DNA from: Camelus dromedarius
Taxonomy: Eukaryota
Assembly (NCBI RefSeq): GCF_036321535.1
Contig: NC_087447.1
Location: 45,818,001 to 45,882,000 of the forward strand
Direction of reading: 5' to 3'
DNA: 64,000 bases
The translations under genes were made by a program, and so were the position numbers. Shown piece after piece: positions 57,871-64,000 of this stretch. Positions within the stretch are counted from its first letter, which is position 1, and each line of letters begins with the position of its first letter. Under the pieces are notes generated by a model, which did no database searches, was not told the origin of the DNA, and saw only the letters and a program-made list of their open reading frames with translations.

Positions 57871-58815
57871 ATGTCCATTATCAACATGTCACATGTTGAA
57901 ATCACCACATTCTTCTTGGTTGGGATGCCAAGGCTGGAATATGCACACATCTGGATCTCTATTCCTGTCTGCAGCATGTACCTTGTTGCTATTCTGGGAA
58001 ACTGCACCATCCTTTTCATCATCAAGACAGAACCCTCACTGCACGAACCCATGTACTATTTCCTTTCCATGTTGGCCCTGTCTGACATGGGCTTGTCCTT
58101 TTCCTCTCTTCCCACTATGTTGAGGATCTTCTTATTCAAGGCTTCTGAAATCTCTGCTAATGCCTGCTTTGCCCAGGAATTCTTCATCCATGGATTCACA
58201 GCACTGGAGTCCTCAGTGCTCCTGATCATGTCATTTGACCGCTTCCTCGCCATCCACAACCCTCTGAGATACAGCTCCATTCTTAAAACAGTCAGAGTTG
58301 CCCAGATAGGAGTGGTATGCTTTTTCAAGAGCTTCCTCCTGGTTCTTCCTTTCCCCTTCACTTTGAGAAGGTTGAAATATTGTAAGAAAAGCCAATTATC
58401 CCATTCCTACTGTCTCCACCAGGATGTCATGAAGTTGGCCTGCTCTGACAACCGAATTGATGTCATTTATGGCTTTTTGGGGGCACTCTGCCTTATGGTA
58501 GATTTTATGCTCATTGCTGTATCTTACATCCTGATCCTCAAGACTGTGCTGGGAAAAAACGCATCCCAAAAGGAGCAGCTCAAGGCCCTCAATACTTGTG
58601 TTTCACACATCTGTGCAGTGACCATCTTCTACCTGCCCATCATCAACCTCGCCATTGTCCATCGCTTTGCCCGGCATGTCTCTCCCCTCTTCAATTTTCT
58701 TATGGCAAATGTTCTTCTACTTGTGCCTCCACTGATGAATCCCATTGTGTACTGTGTGAAAACTAGGCAGATTAGAGTAAGAGTGGTAGCAAAATTATGT
58801 CAGAAGCAAATATAA
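57871..58815 (+). CDS. OR51A4: Olfactory receptor OR51A4/OR51A2-like, intact, 314 aa from the second ATG (316 aa from 57865)
   Basis: MSIINMSHVEITTFFLVGMP, LHEPMYYFLSML, MSFDRFLAIHNPLRY, SDNRIDVIYGF.GALCLMVDF, HRFARHVSPL closely track recalled human OR51A4/A2. Acceptor cgctgcag at 57849. Confidence 0.92.
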   Translation: MSIINMSHVEITTFFLVGMPRLEYAHIWISIPVCSMYLVAILGNCTILFIIKTEPSLHEPMYYFLSMLALSDMGLSFSSLPTMLRIFLFKASEISANACFAQEFFIHGFTALESSVLLIMSFDRFLAIHNPLRYSSILKTVRVAQIGVVCFFKSFLLVLPFPFTLRRLKYCKKSQLSHSYCLHQDVMKLACSDNRIDVIYGFLGALCLMVDFMLIAVSYILILKTVLGKNASQKEQLKALNTCVSHICAVTIFYLPIINLAIVHRFARHVSPLFNFLMANVLLLVPPLMNPIVYCVKTRQIRVRVVAKLCQKQI

Positions 58816-60829
58816 CAGTCATATATAGTAGAAAACATCTGGGGGGAATGTCTCAGTAAGAGATTAAAGGTGAGTTTGGCAAAACCTAATATTTGGTACA
58901 AATAATCAATATATTTTTATTGTTATTGTCATCAGATTTATTTCAATCAAACTGTATACTGAAGGTGGGCATAAAATAGGAAATGGAGTTCATTCTGGGG
59001 TGTCTCCATCCTAATTAATAAAAAAAAAGATGCCTTATGAAGTCATCTTTGATAAAAGCAACAAATTATAGTCAACACTGACAACAGTAATGTCTATCCT
59101 TGTGACAGATTTTCATTCCTCATTCTAAGATTCTATCTATCTGTTAAGTCCTTTTGATTCTAGACCCAAATTACATCTCAAGTCTACCTCCTCATTCTCT
59201 CCATTTTAATCATCCTTGTATGTCACCAGCACTTCTTTAATGACATGCTGCAGTAAATTCTTTAGTTTCTTAATGTGTACTCTGACTACTTTCTAACTGA
59301 TTTTCTGTGCAAGATGAAAATGATCTTTTTAAAAGACAAATTGAATGATGTAAGGTCTCTTTTAAATATAAACTCTTACTTCTCTGAGAATAGAATTAAA
59401 ACAATGAAATACACACCATCAGATGACACATGTTCTTTACCTGCTCTGCCTCTCCAACATTACCAGATAATCAAACTCTAGTTACATTGGCCTTCTCAAA
59501 ATTCATTGAATTTGTAAATTTTTCTGTTTTGTATAACTTCTCACATCTGAACCTTTTTCTTAGAATGCTGTATATAACTCATTTCTATTCACTTTTTTAA
59601 AGGTTTCCACTTAATTTCATCATAGATTACCTATCACCCTCAGTTCAAATTATGACCCTCTCTTTTTATTGATCTCTTTTTTTGCTTGTTTGTTCTTTAT
59701 TCTTCATTATATTCATTATTATGAGTATAATGTATTAAATATAATGTATGTTTATTTCTTTTCTTTCTACTTCCCAAATAGAGTGTACTATCATTGAAGG
59801 GAGAGACCATACTTACTTTCTTTCTGTCTGTGTGCCTAACATCTAGGATTTGCTGACACAGAGTATATCTCCAATAAATAATTGTTAACAAATGAATGTG
59901 AAAATGAGGCTATATTGAGGAAGATGAAATTGTTGAAGAGTTCAGTAATACTCCATCCATATGGGATATAACTTTCTTAAGTTTGTATCAAGGGCAGGCA
60001 TATCATAAATAGGCAAAGTTACCGAGGCCCTTTCCTTAGAATCTTCCCACAGAGATGATCTCGTAAGCACAAGAGCTCAGGAAAGCTGGAAGCCTGCTAA
60101 TTTCTAGAATTCCATCTAGTTGTAATGTGCAAAAACAATTGTTATATTGCATTAAATCAAAGACAGTACTGATTATCACCTGCATTCCAATTTCAGAGAT
60201 ATTAAAATGTGAAGAATGTGCATCTTAGAACACACAAAATACAGTATTATTTATTTATGGAAGTTGCTCCTGGTCATTTTGAATAAGAGTTTTTTCAGAA
60301 ATATGAGGATCCTCTAAATCTTAAGGTCATCAATGGCAAGAGACTCAGAAATTAATGCCTCAGTTTCTTGCACACACTTTAAAAAGTTTCTTTGCATTTT
60401 CTTTCTCCTTCTCTTTATATCTTTTTTTTTTTTTTTTTGCCCCTCTCATTCACACTCTATTTCTATTTCTGTGTGGCCATTTCACAATCATTTTTTTTCC
60501 ACGAGACCCTTAATTTTCAGCTGGAGATGTTTTCCTATAATTTGTTTTTTGCTATCTTAAGCTGTTTCGTAAATTGCTGTTCCCAGAAACTGTGCAAAGA
60601 TTCTCATTATAAGCCCCTGTTAGAGTGCTCATTGATGGCATGCATATTTAATGATGTAGCATTAGTTTCTTCAAAAGCTATTTGTTAAATATCTACTTTG
60701 TTTCAGTCACTTTACTACATGCTTGTGAAAAAATGATTAATGCCATGAGAAAATACTGTATAACACATTTTAACTGAGTATCATCAACCCAGTGAATTGA
60801 ACTGTAGTATAAGCCCTGACAGTTGATTT

Positions 60830-61675
60830 TTTTCTCTCGCATAATGCAAGTGTCTGACTTAAGCTATGATTACAAGAGACATCTTCAAAGAGGGATGTCT
60901 CTAATGGACACATTTGCCAGCCACACAACTAGAAAAGCCAGGCCAACCCCTTCCCCCAATCAGGCCACTTTGTTTTAGAGATGTTGCTTGATTTCAATAG
61001 TTGACCATTTGGAGTCCTTGTTTTTTCCTCTTCTCCCACTAGAAATTCCCACTCCTATGTTTTAAATTCACTAATAAAAAGTGAGTCTGATAGACTCATG
61101 GACATAGAAAACAAACTATGGTTACCAAAGGGGAAAGGGTTGGGGAAGGATAACTAGGAGTTGGGGATTAACAGACACACACCACTGTATATAAAATAGA
61201 TGAACAACAAGGACCTACTGTATAGCACAGGGAACTATATTCAATTTCTTGTAATAACCTATAGTGGAAAAGAATTTGAAAAGAAAAAATATATATATAT
61301 GTATGTATATGTGTAACTGAATCACTTTACTATACACCTGAAACTAACACTGTAAATCAACTACACATCAATAAAAAATTTTTTAAATATGAAAGGAAAA
61401 AAAAAGTGAGTTTGATAAACATTAAGGCTCCCACCATCAACACCAATAAACTCAGAACCCAGGTCTGTTTCTCTCTCTCTCTCTCCCCCAGTGTCCTCAC
61501 TGTGTGGCCCCAGGTATGCCATGTAATTTCTAAGACTTATAAGTAATAAAACTCTTTTTTTCCCAAAGTTTCCTCATGGTTATTGCTGAGGGCATCCTGA
61601 AATCTTAATAACTGCAAGGGCCAGTCTAGCCACGAACATTGGTTATTGATAGTAAGAGGTCAGCACAAAACAATA
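60830..61675 (+). mobile_element. ERV1-type LTR split by an L1 3' end
   Basis: Continuous ...ctaataaaaagtgag|tttgataaac...aagtaataaaactc...cagcacaaaaca across the L1 insertion. Boundaries approximate. Confidence 0.55.
61093..61400 (+). mobile_element. Young lineage-specific L1 3' end with 17-bp TSD
   Basis: gactcatggacatagaaaacaaactatggttacc...atcaataaaaaa. TSD aaaaagtgagtctgata (61076-61092) / aaaaagtgagtttgata (61401-61417). Confidence 0.88.
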
Positions 61676-62514
61676 ATTGAATGTATCATCATTTCTCAGT
61701 AATTCAAAATCCCATACACACCACATACCACATATTAAACATGTATATTATATCTGTGCATGTGTGTGTCTGTGCATGAGTGTTCCCCGTGTGTTTCTGA
61801 AGTAGATAGGCCTGAAAATTTTCTTCTTTTGATTTTTGTAAGATCATTGCCATTCTTCAACTATATCAGAATTTTTAAAAATACACATTTAAATCATTTA
61901 AATTAGAATAAACTAAAAAGATATCATTACAATAGAAGTTAAAAAAAAGTTCAATAAAATATGATAGCCATGCATAATTTTAAAAGATTCTTAGAACGCA
62001 AGGAGTATAAAAGGACTGATTTCATGTTAAATAGTGAAAATTAAACTCCTCCCTCAAAGCAAAGAATAAACCTTAAAGTCAGTGACAAAATATTAAGATA
62101 GCCCTTTAAAATTCAAGAAAAGACCAAGATTCCCTATATTATTATCTATATTCAGTTTTGATTCAGGCCTTAGAACACTAAAATAAGTGAGAAAATAACC
62201 AGAATGGGACATACAGCTGATATACAAGAATTCCTGCAGAGAATCCCAGATAAAAAATGAACAAATAATTCAAAAGGAAAATAATAATAAATTTTAAAAT
62301 ATAAGACAAACTACACTGATTTTAACACAACATACATGCTCGTTAGTCACTCTAATTGAAGAGAGACAATTTTTATCAGTTACATTTACTTGACTATTAT
62401 CTTTAAGTTTTTCCTTTTTCCTTGACTAAACAAATCACTCCCAAGCAAATCCAACATGACTGACAGATTTGCTTCCATCTACCAAAACTATGTAGTAGGA
62501 GACAAAAGTAGCAT

Positions 62515-62672
62515 GTCTCAAAGGGTGGTCTTTGGACCACCAACATAGGCATCACCTGGGAGCTTGTTAAACATATAGTAATTTATGATCCACTCAAGTA
62601 TCTTGATGAAAATGTTCATTTTAACAAAATTTTCAAGTGATTCATCTTCACATTGAAGTTTAAAAGACACTT
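62515..62672. mobile_element. MER5-type DNA transposon
   Basis: tctcaaagggtggtctttggaccaccaacataggcatcacctgggagcttgttaaac...cacattgaagtttaaaagacact. Confidence 0.75.
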
Positions 62673-64000
62673 CACTAAACCACTTCTTTATTGCCAAATG
62701 TAGAGAATTTGTGTGTGATTGTGTATTGTGAAGGTTGGAAGACTTGCAAAGATCGTAAACAAAAAGTGAAAGCCACAGTGAATTTGTTTCTCTCTAATTT
62801 CCAAACTTCTAATTAGATCATAGGTTATTATATTTGAGAAATTAGATATGATTTACACTGCAAAGACTGGTTGGTCACATGTGATTGCTGACCTATGGTT
62901 TGCTCCTGTTAATTCCAAAGGGAATCCCTGCCTACAAGTAAGTACAGCATAAAATCTACATAGCCTAACATGGCTGACTCCATCAATTGAATAAACAGGA
63001 TTGAGTAAGAGACTAAAGAGACAAGCAGTAAAGTGGAAGAACATAAGTGCTATACATCACCAACAAGTGGCTGAGCCTATATTTATTAAAACACTTCTGT
63101 AAATCAATTATGGAAAGACAAACAATCCAATGGAAAATGGGCAAACAGCTTCAGTAGATGCTTCAAAAAAAAAAAATAAAAATGACCAATAAACATATGA
63201 ATAGAGAAATATAATTTCATGTCAGAAGAAAATTAATATACAATATTGGTAGCCTGATCTCTTTCAGAACTTGAGATTCTAAATACCTAGCTGATTTGTC
63301 CCAAGAAATGTTGGCAAATGAGCCAAGGGAAAGAGTTGATGAATGGCTGTTGAATTTTAATATGGCCGCCAAGATCTTATCATGCTCAGTTTCCTCAATC
63401 TGAGCCTGCATTATGAGCTCAGTCTTAGATCACTGTTCCTTGAGACAACCCTTTAGAAGATTTCCATGAAGTATGGTGTCATTCATCAGGCATCTCCTGC
63501 TTGTCGTCAACCCCATGGGTTCTCTAGGCTTTATAAGACAGTGCCTACAAAGCAGAAAAGGGGAGTCTAAAGGATACTTCCCAGCTTCTAATCTCTTTCT
63601 TACTTTAGGGTGAACTGTCATCTTGGTGGAAAAAGAGTCACAAAGGAGGTAAGATATAATTCTACTCTTTCAGAATATTTAATATAATTTGCATTCTGTT
63701 TGCTATCTCATTGGATCCTGAAGAGATTTAAAACAAAAACAAATCAAGAGATGCCCATGGAGCCTGAGAATCTTATAGAACTACCAAGAAGAGACAGAAT
63801 GTACACGTTGGTGGGGCTATGTGTCCAGAGATGTTTTAGAAATCCCCAGTCTGAATGATACATGTGACAAGGTATGTATCTCAAACATCACATGATTCAT
63901 TTTCTTTACGTCTCCTGGCAGGTAGATGCATGACCTTGGATAAATTATTATACCTCTAAGAACTATTGTCTTCCCTATAAAGGGAAAAAGATAATCACAT

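Noticed and set aside
1-64000. CRISPR array, prokaryotic systems, rRNA, CpG island
   Set aside because: AT-rich, CpG-poor mammalian DNA with no regularly spaced repeat-spacer structure, rRNA similarity or CpG-dense block.

Overview
Mammalian genomic DNA, most likely a camelid (inferred from a vic-1-like tRNA-Ala SINE, the style of the young L1 3' ends, and no recognisable ruminant or pig SINEs). The window is part of the class I olfactory receptor cluster (OR51 family) around MMP26. It holds four intact single-exon OR51 genes: an OR51A-like gene, an OR51P-like gene lacking an ECL2 cysteine pair, OR51L1 and an OR51A4/A2-like gene. It also holds one OR51A pseudogene hit by an L1 and a SINE, both with target-site duplications (TSDs). 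The centre carries a complete six-exon MMP26 (matrilysin-2) gene on the minus strand that the ORF track misses: 786 nt, 261 aa, all introns GT-AG, with TATA, AP-1 and upstream AATAAA promoter elements. Unlike human MMP26 as I recall it, this protein has the canonical Arg in its cysteine switch (PRCGVTD) and changes at the autolysis and S1' positions. Other content: a 5'-truncated PABPC1 retrocopy, nested L1/LTR/MIR/MER5 repeats, a perfect 104-bp direct repeat and N gaps confined to multi-copy sequence. Family names and human comparisons come from memory, not from database searches.
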